This document shows, piece by piece, positions 18,351-30,100 of a DNA stretch of 64,000 nucleotides. Within the stretch, counting starts at the first letter, position 1. Every line of letters begins with the position of its first letter. The DNA is from Candidatus Hydrogenedentota bacterium (GTDB lineage: Bacteria; Hydrogenedentota; Hydrogenedentia; Hydrogenedentales; SLHB01). The notes beneath the pieces are model-generated. The model searched no databases and was not told the origin of the DNA. It saw only the letters and a program-made list of their open reading frames with translations. The position numbers were made by a program, and so were the translations under genes. Location: assembly GCA_963745075.1 (NCBI GenBank), contig CAVUWV010000010.1, forward strand, positions 96,001 to 160,000, in the 5' to 3' direction.

Positions 18351-19420
18351 TTCGATTCTCCCTTCTTTCGCACGCCGAAGATTCTTGGCTGCGTGAGATT
18401 ATCAATCAATGGGGTGCACGCGTTGCCGAGCAGGATGGCGTACATCGTCCCCTCGGGTAGTCCGCCTTTCAGGCGGATCACGATGGTCACCCCGCCAATC
18501 AGCGCGCCGTATATCCAGACCCCCAACGTGGTCGTCGGCGATCCCACCATATCCGAGGCCATGAACATGGCGCCCAGCATCAACCCGCCGGAAAACAGCA
18601 TGAATAACGGAGTGGGATAGACCTTGGGATCGGACAGGTAAAATGCCCCGCTGACCATCGCGGCCGTCAGCAGGATACTGACTGGTATCCGCCAGTTCAT
18701 CATTCCGCGGAACATGAGATATAGACCGCAGATCAAGATCAGGATGGATGACGTTTCACCGGTCGAGCCCGCGATTTTTCCAAAGAAGAGGTCCACCACC
18801 GCGGTCGCGTGATGGTCGAACTTCATCTGGGACAAGGGCGTGGCGCCCGAGAACCCGTCCAGCGATAGTCCCGAAAGAAACGACGGTGCGGTCTCCGGTC
18901 CCATGAACGGGAGCGACAAGGTTGCCGGATTGATCAGATGCATGAACCGGTCCGGGGACCACAAATCGGGCCAGAAACACGGGGCCCACGTGGTAATCGC
19001 GACGGGAAACGCCGCCTGAAGGAAAGCGCGCCCCACCAGCGCAGGGTTGAAGGGATTCATGCCCAATCCGCCGAAGAGTGCCTTGCCCAGTCCGATGGAA
19101 ATCACTCCGCCGACCATGGCCATCCAAAGCGGGAACGTGGGGGGCAACGTCAAGGCAAGCAGCAGTCCGGTAATCACCGCGCTGTAATCGCCGATCGTCG
19201 TTGGTTTGCCGGCCAATTTACAGAGCACATGCTCCGTCAAGATGCAGGTTCCCGTCGTCACTATGATGAGGAGCAACGCGCTTAACCCGAACGAGAAGAC
19301 GGCAAACGCCGTAACCGGCACCAGCGCGTAGACCACATTCAACATGATCGTATCCGTCCTCAGCCGCCCCTTGATATGGGGCGACGTCCGGATATCGATG
19401 GCATGGGTTCCTACACTCAT
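18347..19420 (-). CDS. rnfD: Rnf complex subunit D
   Basis: Motifs SPH, FGGLGMNPFNPALVGRAF, DGFSGATPL and GSTGETS. ATG 19420 overlaps the rnfC stop. Confidence 0.95.
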   Translation of the reverse strand: MSVGTHAIDIRTSPHIKGRLRTDTIMLNVVYALVPVTAFAVFSFGLSALLLIIVTTGTCILTEHVLCKLAGKPTTIGDYSAVITGLLLALTLPPTFPLWMAMVGGVISIGLGKALFGGLGMNPFNPALVGRAFLQAAFPVAITTWAPCFWPDLWSPDRFMHLINPATLSLPFMGPETAPSFLSGLSLDGFSGATPLSQMKFDHHATAVVDLFFGKIAGSTGETSSILILICGLYLMFRGMMNWRIPVSILLTAAMVSGAFYLSDPKVYPTPLFMLFSGGLMLGAMFMASDMVGSPTTTLGVWIYGALIGGVTIVIRLKGGLPEGTMYAILLGNACTPLIDNLTQPRIFGVRKKGESK

Positions 19421-20766
19421 GAGGGAACCTTTCTTTCGCGAGTAATCGCCTTGGCGACGCGGAAGTACTGCACCAAGGGGATGTTGGATGGACACACGAA
19501 CGAGCAACAGCCACATTCGAAACAGTCCATGAGATGGTATTCTTCGGCCATCAAGGCGTACTCCTTCTGGCGCGCCAACAGCCCCAGTTCCGAAGGATTC
19601 AGGTGCATGGGACAGGCCTCGACACAGGAAGCGCACTTGATGCATGGAAAGACGCGGCCGTTACGTATGGCCAGCGGATGATCCTTGGCGATGGCGAGAA
19701 TTCCGGTGACGCCCTTGGTAACCGGCAAATCCAGCGAACTCACGGCCGTCCCCATCATGGGGCCGCCCAGGATTACCTGGCATTCCCGCTCTTTGAACCC
19801 AACCTGGTCCATAATGAAGCGTAGCGGCGTTCCAAGTGCCATCAGATAGTTGCCCGGATTGCGGACCCCCGTCCCCGAGACGGTCACGACCCGTTCGATG
19901 AGACCTTGCCGGACCGGCAGCAACTCGCCGATCTGCGCAAGGGTTGCTACGTTGAATACCGCCACGCCCACGTCGATGGGGATTCCACCCGAGGGCACTT
20001 CTCGATTCAACAAGGCTTTGGTCAGCATCTTTTCCGCGCCCTGGGGATACTTGGCCTCGATGGCTTCGACCGTACACGGAACCCCTTCCGGGATGCCGGC
20101 ACGCATCGTTGCGACCGCGTCCATCTTGTTGGTTTCGATCCCGACGATCGCGCGTTTTGCGCCGAGCGCGCGAAGAACGATTCGTATGCCCTTGTAGATG
20201 CTGTCGACCTGCTCGAGCATCACGCGGTGGTCGGTCGTCAGGAAGGGTTCGCATTCGCACCCGTTGACGATCACCGTGTCCACCGACTTTCCTTCGGGCA
20301 GCGCGAGTTTGACGTGCGTGGGAAAGGCTGCGCCCCCCAGTCCGACCACGCCGGTTGCCTGGACCGCTTTGACCAGTTCCTGCGGGGAGAGGCTGTCGAT
20401 ATCCGTCTCCGCCCCGTACAGGATCTCCTGATTGGCGGCCTGGTATTGCTCGATAAAGATGGCAGGGGACATCGTGCCGCGGACGTCACGCGCCAAGCCG
20501 ATCTTTTCGATCCGGCCCGTGACCGGCGCGTGCATCGGAACCGAAACAAATCCACCGGGCTCGGCGATCGGCTCTCCGCGGGCGACCTCCTGGCCTTCGC
20601 GCACGATGGGTTTTGCCGGGGCGCCGGTGTGTTGAGACAAGGGAATGACTAAATGGGGCGCGAAGGGCAGCCGCCGAATCGGCTTGTCCTTGGTCAGGTC
20701 CTTACTCTCGGGAGGATGAATGCCGTGCGAAAAAGTCTTTCGCGACGTTAGCGCGGATAGCCACAT
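19417..20766 (-). CDS. rnfC: Rnf complex subunit C
   Basis: Motifs GIHPP, GLGGAAFPT, NGCECEP, KYPQGAEK and GGPMMG, with two CxxCxxCxxxCP motifs. Confidence 0.95.
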   Translation of the reverse strand: MWLSALTSRKTFSHGIHPPESKDLTKDKPIRRLPFAPHLVIPLSQHTGAPAKPIVREGQEVARGEPIAEPGGFVSVPMHAPVTGRIEKIGLARDVRGTMSPAIFIEQYQAANQEILYGAETDIDSLSPQELVKAVQATGVVGLGGAAFPTHVKLALPEGKSVDTVIVNGCECEPFLTTDHRVMLEQVDSIYKGIRIVLRALGAKRAIVGIETNKMDAVATMRAGIPEGVPCTVEAIEAKYPQGAEKMLTKALLNREVPSGGIPIDVGVAVFNVATLAQIGELLPVRQGLIERVVTVSGTGVRNPGNYLMALGTPLRFIMDQVGFKERECQVILGGPMMGTAVSSLDLPVTKGVTGILAIAKDHPLAIRNGRVFPCIKCASCVEACPMHLNPSELGLLARQKEYALMAEEYHLMDCFECGCCSFVCPSNIPLVQYFRVAKAITRERKVPS

Positions 20767-20873
20767 CCCTCAATTATCCCTTCATCATCGCGTCGAGACG
20801 CGCTGCCGCGACGCGTACGTGATAAGAGGCCCGGCGCCATGTGTTGGTATCACTTCGCGCCGGGCCCATCGAT

Positions 20874-23800
20874 TTACGAGTTATACTTCGCCGCCCGCTT
20901 GACCAGTTTTTCGATCTCTTTTCCGGACTTGTCGGCCGGGATACCCGGTTGAATTGCCCGCGCGGCGCACTTTTCTGCGGCCTTCACCAAATCTTTGAAT
21001 GGGCCGCCTTTCGCGTTTTTGATGACCGCCTGCTTCTTGTCGTTCCAACCGAAGATCTTCGGATTCACGAGAACGCATTCGCCGCATCCCGTGCACTCGT
21101 TCGAGTCGAGATAGGGCGCGATGAACCCGTCACTCCCGGACGAACCGTTCCCCGATGCGGGCGCTACGGCCGTTTCCTTCGGAGCGGGTCCCGCGGATGC
21201 TTCCACCGGCGTCATCGCCGGCATGGGCGCGGATGGCATCACCATCGGCGCCGCGCCGTCTCCGCCCCCCGCGAGTTCGAGCAGCCCGGCGGTCAGTTTC
21301 TGCACGACATCCACACGGGTCTCATCTTTGATCGCCTGGATATCAACGTCTTTGCCGACACCTGCCAGTGCTTTCAACATGACCCAGAAGTTCCGGCGAT
21401 CTTCACACGCCTTGACGACCGGCTCGGCCACAATGACCCGGCTCAGCCGGTTCTTTTTGTCCACTGCCCACACGAAGGGGAACTTGCCCTCGCGGTCGTC
21501 CGCATCCAGTTGCAGGAACTCCGCCACCGGGACCATGTCATCGTTCCACGTATCCCGCGGGGCTTTCTTGAAGTGTTTGCGGAACCGCGCCTCCGTGACG
21601 GCGAAGTCGGCGAAGGTCAGCGGCAACTCCATGGAGCCCGGGCTTCCGTCTTCGTCCACATACGTCAACGTATAGGAAGGCCAATCGTCATCCAGAGCGG
21701 GGTTGCCGTCCAGATTGAAGCACTCTTCCGGCAACAGACCCTTGTCCGGGTCGTAGGTGAACACCGGATAGGCCCGCGACTCGAGGGCCAGCTTGCTCTG
21801 ATGCTTGCCCAGGTCGTCGCCGATGCCGTGTTCCGGCATACAGGCCGAGTACAGGTTAAAGAGGGCCGGCCGCTTGGCGATGATGCCGCGAATCATACCT
21901 TCGATGAGGTGCGACGTGTTCGCCATCGTACCTTGGAGCACATAGGTTGTCCGGTGGGCCATGCCGATGAGGCCGATTTCCTTCCGGATTTCTTCCTTAC
22001 CCTTGTGGGCCTTGCCGTACTGTGCCATATCCGACACCTGGCCGAAGAACCCGGACGTGCATGCCTGGCCGCCCGTGTTCGAATACACCTGCGTGTCGAG
22101 CACGACCACCTTGATGGGTTTGCCCGTCATCATCAGGCGGGAAAGGTTCTGGAAGCCGATGTCGTACATCGCGCCGTCGCCGCCCACGGCTACGACCGGC
22201 GGACACAGTGCGAATTCTTCATCCGAGAACTTGGTCCAGTCGAAGTACCGGAAGAAGTCATCGTGTTCCGCCGAATTGAACTTACCTTCGAGTTCCAACT
22301 CGGCCATGCGAATCGCTTTGAAGCCGTCGGCCATCTTGGCCATGTGGCCCTCAAAGACGCCCAAGGCCATGGAGGCGCTGTCCTGGAACAAGTGGTTCGC
22401 CCAGGGGAAGGGGTAGGGGTTGTAGGGATAGGTCGAACCCCACACCGAGGTGCAGCCCGTGCTGTTGATCATGCCCAGGCTCGAGCGTCCACGGCCGGTG
22501 GTGCCCTGGGTGTACTGCCATTTCAGATGCTTCAGTTTGGCCAGGAGCTGCGTGACGCGTTTCAGCCAATCGCTGTCCAACGGCGCACTCACTTTCGCTT
22601 TGTCGAGAGCGCCGGACAAATTCGACAGCGTCAGGTCCTTGTTCTTCAGCGCATCGATAGCGGAAACCATGGCGCTCGTATCGCCCACGTCGACCGATTC
22701 GGCCAGCTTCAGGCGGATATGCTTCTCAAGGCCCTGGATCATCTCTTCAATCTTGGTGATATGCCGTGCCACGCGGGGCCGCATCAGCGCTTCGACTGTC
22801 GCCGTGAACAGGTGCATGACGGTCTTCTCGCCGCACCCCAGGCAGGCGCCGTCGCCGCCGACCATCGATTTGTAGTTGGTCTTGTCGAGCAGCAACGTTT
22901 CGAGCGCACCGATGGCCTCCTCGAGATCGTCGATGCGGATGTAATCCTGGGAGGTATTCGGCAAGTCCAGCCAGAACCCCCAGTTCTTGCGCAAGGTCGT
23001 GACCGAATCCGACGTCTGCACCGTCATGTGCAGCGCATCATCCGGGCAAACCTGCACGCATTCCTTACAGCCTTTGCAGGTATACGGGTCGATGGTGATG
23101 GACAACAAGCCGCCGCTACCCGCTGCTTCCTTCTCCTTAAGGGAGTAGAAGGGTTTGGTCAGGGCGAACTTGAAGTCGCGGACTTCTTCCAGGAACCAGT
23201 CCAGTTCCTGCGACAGCTCGGCGCGCTCCGCTTCGGGGAGCGTGTGATCCTGCCGCAGGGCGTCCACCGCGATCTCGAGGTATGAATCGACCGCCGCGTC
23301 TTCGCCGCCCGCATTCATGAGGTCGCGCAGTTTGCGTTCCATCGTCCGGGACGCTTTGCGCAGGTGACGCACCGTTTTGCCGCCGACTTCAACGCGCTTG
23401 ATGGCGGTTTCAAACACTTCCGATACGGAGTTCACCAGACCGGGAATTGCGGAGTCGGGGCAGATCGTCCAGCACGAACCGCACCCGGTACATTTCTGCG
23501 GATCCCATTCCGGATGGTTGAACCGGATCTGCGTCATATCGCGGAACACGCCCGTCGCCGCCGGAATACAACTCATGCCGATAAACGGGTCGGTCAAATT
23601 GTCGCCGCCCTTACCGGTGAGGTAGAAGTTTCCGGTTTGTTCCCAGAACCGGTGGATGTCCGTCGCCGGGGCTTCACTTCCGGGCTGCTCCTTAAGCATC
23701 ACGGGAATCGCAATCTCTTTGCGGAGCGACGGGCTCTGGTCTTCGGACAAGGTCTTCTCGGTGATTTCCACGGATTCCACGAACCCGCGGCGCACCACTT

Positions 23801-25853
23801 TCACGTTGTCTTCGACGATGCGCGCGCCCTTGCCCCCGAACTTGTGCTGCAACTGGTCTTCAATCGCTTTGAACAGCGCCTCTTCGCTGAGGTTCGCCTG
23901 CTTCATCACCGGCGAGGCGTGGAAGAACGCGCCCATGAACGCGATGCCCTGCATGCGGAACTGCAGTTCCGGGTCGGTCGCGATTTCGCGCGCGACCTTA
24001 AACCCGTCGAGGTAGAAGACCCGGAGGTCGTTTTCAATGATGATCTGCTGGAACCGCCGTGGGATCTGTTTAGCCCAGACTTCCTGCGGATCTTCGTATT
24101 CGCTCTGGATGATGAAGACGCCGCCCTTCTTGAGACCGGCCAAGGGATTTGAATGCCCGAATACGTTCGGGTCCGGCGACAGCACAACGTCGACGTAGTA
24201 GTATTCGGAGTTGATGCGAATGGGTTCCGGCGCGGCCGACAGGTAGTATGTGGTCGGCTGGCCCTTCTTTTCGGAACCGTACTTCGGGTTCGCCTTGATG
24301 TAGTATCCGAGCAGGTCGAACAGCGTCATCGCCAGGTTCTTACCGGTGGTGATAGCGCCCCAGCCGCCCACCGAGTGGAACCGCACCGTGATGGCGTCTT
24401 TCGGCATCAGGTTCGGGTTCTCGCTGCCCCGCACCGCCAGGTCTTTAATGTTCGGATAGCCGTCGAGGATCTGTTGTTGGTAGATTTCCTGCTTCGGCGT
24501 AAACGGCTTGTCATGGATAAAGTCGATGGACATGTAGAACATCTTCTTCTTCTTGCCGTCCGGCAACATGTTTTCGATGGCGCCGATCACGCCTTCCGGC
24601 TGAAGGTCGCGGCTGCCCAGTCCATACGAGCCGGAATACAACGCCGGCAAATCTTCCGATTTCTTGTAGGTGTCGTACTTGGGATACACGAGGCCTTTGC
24701 CGTTGGACTTTCCGTTCTCGATACACTTGTTCAACGTGGCGCGAACTTCGCGCATCAAGGGAAGGTCCTCGGCCAGCGGCTGGTCGGTGCGTTCCAGTAC
24801 CGCGACGCCCTTGCGGCCCCTCAGAATCGGTCCCAACAGGTCGCCCGGGAACGGCCGGAACATGGTCATGTTCACCACGCCGATCTTGATGCCGCGCGTG
24901 TCGCGCAGGTAGTCCGCGACCACTTCCGCGCTCGGCACAAGGCTGCCTTGGCCGATGATGAGGTAGTCGGCGTCTTCGCAGCGATACGTGGAAACGCGCG
25001 AGTAGCGCCGCCCGGTCAGCTCGTAGAACTCCGACATGGCCTGTTCGGCCAGCTCGGCGATGTGGTCGAAGAAGAAGGGCCGTTGCGCGGCGACACTCTG
25101 CATGTACGAGTCCTGGTTCTGCACCGTGCCCGCCATGACCGGATTGTCCACGCTCCACAATTCGGGGATGCGCCGGCGGTATTCACCGAAGATCAGCCGC
25201 TGCGCCGGCGTCGGTGTTTCGATGATGTCGTCCGGGTGGCCGAGGTAATCTTCGATCAGTTCCCGTTCGGGGAGCATCAGGGATTCAATGAGGTGGGTGG
25301 TAAGGAATCCGTCCTGAGCGCAGATCCCCGGATTCAGCGAGAGTTCGGCGATTCGGTGCGAGATGATATTCAGATCGCTGACCTCTTGCACGTCTTTCCC
25401 GAAGACCTGGAAGAAACCCGTATCGTCCACGCAGTGATAGTCGTCGTGGCCCGCATGCACGTTAAGTGTTGCTTTGGTCATGGCGCGGCAGCCCATATTG
25501 AGCACGTAGGTCAGCCGTTTGCCGACCGCCGCGTACAGGGATTCGTGCATGTAGGCGATGCCTTGCCCGGAAGAGAAATTCGTCGAGCGGAGACCCGTCA
25601 TTGACAGGCCTGCCGTCACGGCCGCGGCGGCGTGTTCGCCTTCTGGCTCGATAAAGATCAAGGGGCGCCCCGACACATTGATGTGCCCGGCCGCCGCATT
25701 TTCCGCCCAGTACTCGCCCATCTGCGTGGACGGGGTAATGGGATACGCGCCGGCGGCGTCCGTGGATTCACGTTCGCACATGACGACCGCGGTGTTTCCA
25801 TCCATCGCGTCCCGTTTGCCGGGGTACTTAAACGTCTTTTCCTTAGCTTTCAT
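20874..25853 (-). CDS. Single-chain pyruvate/2-oxoacid:ferredoxin oxidoreductase (long form with insertions and an extra C-terminal ferredoxin)
   Basis: 1659 aa with YPITPS, EGEHAA, HSVGGWG, KYGSEKKG, two [4Fe-4S] motifs, GACLGCGE, the TPP motif GGDGAMYDIG and YSNTGGQ. A C-terminal CTGCGEC...EKC domain follows. Confidence 0.92.
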   Translation of the reverse strand: MKAKEKTFKYPGKRDAMDGNTAVVMCERESTDAAGAYPITPSTQMGEYWAENAAAGHINVSGRPLIFIEPEGEHAAAAVTAGLSMTGLRSTNFSSGQGIAYMHESLYAAVGKRLTYVLNMGCRAMTKATLNVHAGHDDYHCVDDTGFFQVFGKDVQEVSDLNIISHRIAELSLNPGICAQDGFLTTHLIESLMLPERELIEDYLGHPDDIIETPTPAQRLIFGEYRRRIPELWSVDNPVMAGTVQNQDSYMQSVAAQRPFFFDHIAELAEQAMSEFYELTGRRYSRVSTYRCEDADYLIIGQGSLVPSAEVVADYLRDTRGIKIGVVNMTMFRPFPGDLLGPILRGRKGVAVLERTDQPLAEDLPLMREVRATLNKCIENGKSNGKGLVYPKYDTYKKSEDLPALYSGSYGLGSRDLQPEGVIGAIENMLPDGKKKKMFYMSIDFIHDKPFTPKQEIYQQQILDGYPNIKDLAVRGSENPNLMPKDAITVRFHSVGGWGAITTGKNLAMTLFDLLGYYIKANPKYGSEKKGQPTTYYLSAAPEPIRINSEYYYVDVVLSPDPNVFGHSNPLAGLKKGGVFIIQSEYEDPQEVWAKQIPRRFQQIIIENDLRVFYLDGFKVAREIATDPELQFRMQGIAFMGAFFHASPVMKQANLSEEALFKAIEDQLQHKFGGKGARIVEDNVKVVRRGFVESVEITEKTLSEDQSPSLRKEIAIPVMLKEQPGSEAPATDIHRFWEQTGNFYLTGKGGDNLTDPFIGMSCIPAATGVFRDMTQIRFNHPEWDPQKCTGCGSCWTICPDSAIPGLVNSVSEVFETAIKRVEVGGKTVRHLRKASRTMERKLRDLMNAGGEDAAVDSYLEIAVDALRQDHTLPEAERAELSQELDWFLEEVRDFKFALTKPFYSLKEKEAAGSGGLLSITIDPYTCKGCKECVQVCPDDALHMTVQTSDSVTTLRKNWGFWLDLPNTSQDYIRIDDLEEAIGALETLLLDKTNYKSMVGGDGACLGCGEKTVMHLFTATVEALMRPRVARHITKIEEMIQGLEKHIRLKLAESVDVGDTSAMVSAIDALKNKDLTLSNLSGALDKAKVSAPLDSDWLKRVTQLLAKLKHLKWQYTQGTTGRGRSSLGMINSTGCTSVWGSTYPYNPYPFPWANHLFQDSASMALGVFEGHMAKMADGFKAIRMAELELEGKFNSAEHDDFFRYFDWTKFSDEEFALCPPVVAVGGDGAMYDIGFQNLSRLMMTGKPIKVVVLDTQVYSNTGGQACTSGFFGQVSDMAQYGKAHKGKEEIRKEIGLIGMAHRTTYVLQGTMANTSHLIEGMIRGIIAKRPALFNLYSACMPEHGIGDDLGKHQSKLALESRAYPVFTYDPDKGLLPEECFNLDGNPALDDDWPSYTLTYVDEDGSPGSMELPLTFADFAVTEARFRKHFKKAPRDTWNDDMVPVAEFLQLDADDREGKFPFVWAVDKKNRLSRVIVAEPVVKACEDRRNFWVMLKALAGVGKDVDIQAIKDETRVDVVQKLTAGLLELAGGGDGAAPMVMPSAPMPAMTPVEASAGPAPKETAVAPASGNGSSGSDGFIAPYLDSNECTGCGECVLVNPKIFGWNDKKQAVIKNAKGGPFKDLVKAAEKCAARAIQPGIPADKSGKEIEKLVKRAAKYNS

Positions 25854-25917
25854 GGCTCCACCTCAGTCTGTTTCAAGTGATTCCACGTGGCCGTCGTCCG
25901 ATACGCAGGATGTCATC

Positions 25918-26787
25918 TCAACCGACCGGCAATGCCGATTTTCGCGTGATCTTCCGTGCCGCCGCGCCTTTTCGTGTTCCCTCTTTTTCATCCAACCACA
26001 CAATCGCGCCCGTGGGGCAGCGCTGGATCGCGTCCTGCGAAGCTGCCTCGTTGCGCGAGTAATCGACTATGGCAAGATTATTTTTGATTTCGATCAATCC
26101 GGGAGCCGCGTCTGCCGCGCACAGACCGCAGCCGGTGCACGCAACCTCGCACTCCCGTTCCGCCTCGTCGCCTTTGGCGAGGCTTTTGCACGCCACCCAA
26201 AGACGGTGGCTTACCGGCTGAATGGAGAATAAGGCGCGCGGACAAATCGCTACGCAATCGCCGCACGCCGTACACTTCTCCGTATCCACCATCGGCAAGC
26301 CATGTTCGTCCATGGTGATCGCCCCGAAGTCACAGACATCGCGGCAATCACCAAACCCGAGACATCCCCAGGCACAACCCTTCCCGCCGCCGGCCACCAA
26401 TGCCGCCGCGCGACAGGTCGGGATACCCTCGTAATGGGCCCGAATCCGCGCTACGTGGGTTCCCCCCGCGCACGCAAGACGAGCCACGCGCTTTTCCTCT
26501 CGACCGGCCAACACGCCAAGCAAATCCGCGATCTGCTGCGTCATTTCCGGCGAATTCACCGTGCACTTGCCGGGAGTAATTTCGCCTTTGACCGCCATCT
26601 CTGCGAAGGCGCGGCACCCCGGTGTTCCGCATGCCCCGCAATTCGCTTTGGGGAGCATGTCTTCGACTTGGTCGATCCGGGGATCTTCGTAAACATAGAG
26701 TTTTCTATTCGCTACGGCCAGGATCGCCGAAAGGGCGCCTCCCAAACCAATCATGATACTCCCTGCTGTAACGATTTCTGTAAGCAT
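25918..26787 (-). CDS. rnfB: Rnf complex subunit B (polyferredoxin)
   Basis: N-terminal TM helix, LPKANCGACGTPGC, CAWGCLGFGDCRDVC, CTACGDCVAICP and CTGCGLC. Confidence 0.93.
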   Translation of the reverse strand: MLTEIVTAGSIMIGLGGALSAILAVANRKLYVYEDPRIDQVEDMLPKANCGACGTPGCRAFAEMAVKGEITPGKCTVNSPEMTQQIADLLGVLAGREEKRVARLACAGGTHVARIRAHYEGIPTCRAAALVAGGGKGCAWGCLGFGDCRDVCDFGAITMDEHGLPMVDTEKCTACGDCVAICPRALFSIQPVSHRLWVACKSLAKGDEAERECEVACTGCGLCAADAAPGLIEIKNNLAIVDYSRNEAASQDAIQRCPTGAIVWLDEKEGTRKGAAARKITRKSALPVG

Positions 26788-27061
26788 TCCACCAGGCCTT
26801 CGACGTTGCCTTGGCTCGTTGCCAAGACCCACCAGACTGTTAGCTGACAGCCTATACGCTATTTAGTATGCAACTTCAGTGCCAGTGGGTTTTCGATGTT
26901 GTCTCGATGTCTTAACATTCTCGTATGCAATTGTTTGCGATTGTTTTGGGTGACGGAACATCGTGTCCTCATTTGGTCTGCAGTTCTGCTCATGACATGA
27001 GTGTGCAGGACATATATGTCATGTGAAGATCTTCGGCAATCACCGCGATCGCCGGGAAAGA

Positions 27062-27095
27062 CAAAACGGCGCGTCCCGCATTCAGGACGCGCCGT
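27062..27095 (-). terminator. Intrinsic terminator of the surface-protein operon
   Basis: 11-bp stem ACGGCGCGTCC/GGACGCGCCGT followed by TTT(G)TCTTT on the minus strand. Confidence 0.7.
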
Positions 27096-27140
27096 CATTC
27101 TAGGCCTCTGTTGCAGATTTATGCAACTCTGTGCATTGAA

Positions 27141-30100
27141 TCATGGAACCGCGGTCATGCTTACCGGGATTCCGAGAACGTTGCCTCCATTGGACAACAC
27201 GTCGATGGTGGTGTTTACCGTGGCGCCGGTCGCAACGGCGGTGGGATCCACCGTGACAAAGACCGTGTCCACTTCAGTTGTCGTGGATCCGGACGACGCC
27301 ACGATGGATTCGATCCACGCGGGCAATCCGTCTGTCGGGATCTGCCAGTTCATGGTGCTTTGGCCGGTGTTCTGGATGGTGAAGGTCGCCATTTGCGATC
27401 CGCCGGCCTGCGACACGTTGCCGAAGGCCAAATTAGCCGTATCGTTGACGGTAAGTTCCGGGGGCCGGATTTGGATGCGCATCATCACCGGAATGGTGCC
27501 GAAAACGCCCAGTGTTCCGGTGGAATAGCGGATGCTCAACACACTGTTGTATGTGCCCGCGGCGATCGTGCGATCCACCAGCACGACCAGCGTGTCAATC
27601 GAGGTGGTCGTGTTCAACGTACCCTCATCCGGAGTCACACTTCCCACGAAGATCGGAATATCTTCCACGCTCCATTCCAGATAGACCTGGTTAACCGGGC
27701 CGTAGGGATACGTGCCACCGATGTTGCGGACATTTATCGTGGTGTCGTTCGTGCCGGTTCCGAAGTCGATTACCACCGGATCGACGAACGGCGTTGGAAG
27801 CGCGGGCGCCAGGAACGGATCCCCATCCACGTCGATGGCATCCGGAAAGATGAAATACTTCGGCTCGGGATCGCCGGCGTAAATCGTATTGTCGACGTCC
27901 AGGTCTACTGTGAAGGGACCGCCGACCCCAGCGAAGTCCAGACGGACGAGATCGCCGAAGGTACCGTAAGGCAGTACGTCAGCGGGAGTGGGGGCGGACA
28001 GGTTGTACGTGCCAACGCCCAGCGGGGTCAGCGTCCATCCCGAGACCGCGCCGCCCTCGTCCAACGGGACGATGGAGACCGTCGGGGCCGGGCCGGTTGA
28101 ACTCACAGTAAACTCGATCTGGTTGATGTTGCGCGGGGCGTAATCGAGCCGCAACGTCACCTGCGAGGCGCCACCGACGATACCCGGCGTCCGCATCGAG
28201 ATTTGGCCCATGCGGATGTCGCCTACGACGGTCGAGAGATCGACATTTTGTTCGTCCAGTGTCCCCTGAACGATTCCCTGGTCGGGGTTGTCATAGGGAT
28301 TGTCGAGCGCGCCGTCGAAACGAAGCGGCACATTTTCTTCCTCGTTCAGCGACACGTAGCTCAGGACCGTGTGGGAGGCGAGGTCCGTATTGCATTCGTC
28401 CACCTTATCCATGAAGTTTGCGACAACCGGATCGCCGTTCGAGTCCAATTGGCTCAGATAGTAGTGACCGCCGGTTCCGCTGGCAAGGCGCGCCATGGGT
28501 TCGTGGTTCACATCCACGCCCCAACCCAGGGAGAAGATCTGCACCTTGAGCGCGATGAGATAGTCGATGGTGTCCTGGATCTCGCCGGGCGGCGTTGTGA
28601 GGCGCCCGTCCGAGAACATCGCCACCGCCCGGATATCCGCGTCGTCGAAGGGAAGCAGCGGGAAATCCTGTTGCGCCAACTCGTTCCCCGCTTCCTCGAC
28701 AGCGGGTAGAATCGCGGACGCACCATGATCGGTCACGTTGATGTTCTGCAATGCGGCGTGCAAGGTTGCCCGGTCGTCTGTAAAGTCCTGAATCACGGAT
28801 GCCGGCGCATTGCGATCGTGGAACTCCATGATCGCCATTTGAGCGAATCCGCGTTCGACGTTGGCGAACAGATCGAAGAAGTTGTCGATGAACTGCCCCC
28901 CCGTGGTTTCATATAAGGTCTGCACGTCGGTGCCAACGGATGCCGCCGCGTTGGCGACACTTCCCGAGTAGTCGAGCAGCAAGACGACCTTCGTGCGTAA
29001 ATCCATGCGGTAATCGGATAACGGTTCGGTAACGGTGCTGTTCTGAAGCAGGAGAACTTGCGAGGTTTCCGCGGGTTGCTCGATCTGCTCGCCATCTTCG
29101 AAAATCCGGTATGCGCCGGTGAGGAGTTCCGGCGCCATCACGAACGACTGGTCGTGGATGTCGCGCATGAGGAAACTCCAGCGCACCATCGACGGTATGC
29201 GGGTCCGTGCGATTGCGGTGTGGAAGGACAGCGGCGTCGCCTCCACGGAAATCGTCACCTCGGCCGGTTCCACGTCCGGCCGGATGTTGCCCAGCGAATC
29301 CAGCGCGTACACGGTGAACGTGCCGGTGGCCCCGGTGCTTTCCAGAAGGCTGCGGTCGATCGATACGTTGATCGGCTGGAAGTCTTTGATCGGGCTGCTG
29401 GTCCCGATGCTGGTTCCCGTCGACGGACTGTGGAACAGCCAGATCCGATCGCTGACCACGAGGAAGTTCAGTACGGTTCCCGGATCGCCAATGTTGGCGA
29501 CGAAGAATGTTGCGGTATTCCCGGACAATCCGAAGTCCAGGTTGTCCGGCGACACACCGATGACGGGACGGAGCGGCACTTGGATGGTGACATCCAGCGT
29601 GCGGGTTCCGCCGTTCGACGTAACCGGGATATAGGCAACGTAACCGCCGGGCGCCAGTGTCGAACGATCGACGGTGATCGTCAGGTTGGTGAATTGCCCG
29701 TTGATATTGGAACCCGCCACCGGCGCAATAGTCAGCCAGGTCGGGAACGAGTTCGGATCGATGTTCCAATTCAATGTGCCCGTGCCAATATTCTCAATGG
29801 TGAAGCCGTACGTCGTGGCCGTATCGCCAAGGGGGGCCAAGGGCTGCCCGCTGCTGTTGACGAAACCGGTATCGACGCTCAATATGGGCACTTCGGCGAC
29901 TGTCAGGTTGACGGTGACATCCACGTCACCCGCGTTGCTGGTGACCGGGAACGTGAACGTGTGAACGCCCACGGAGAGCCCGGTCCGGTCAACCATGAGA
30001 ATGACGGACTGCGTATCCGTCGTTACGCTACCGTTCGTCGGGACGGGCGATACCACGCTCAACCAACTCGGGAACGTCCCCGTGTTCACACTCCAGTTGA

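Noticed and set aside
20841..25604. Long + strand ORFs (814 aa and 483 aa) opposite the oxidoreductase
   Set aside because: They are antisense shadows of a GC-rich, codon-biased gene and have no motifs of their own.
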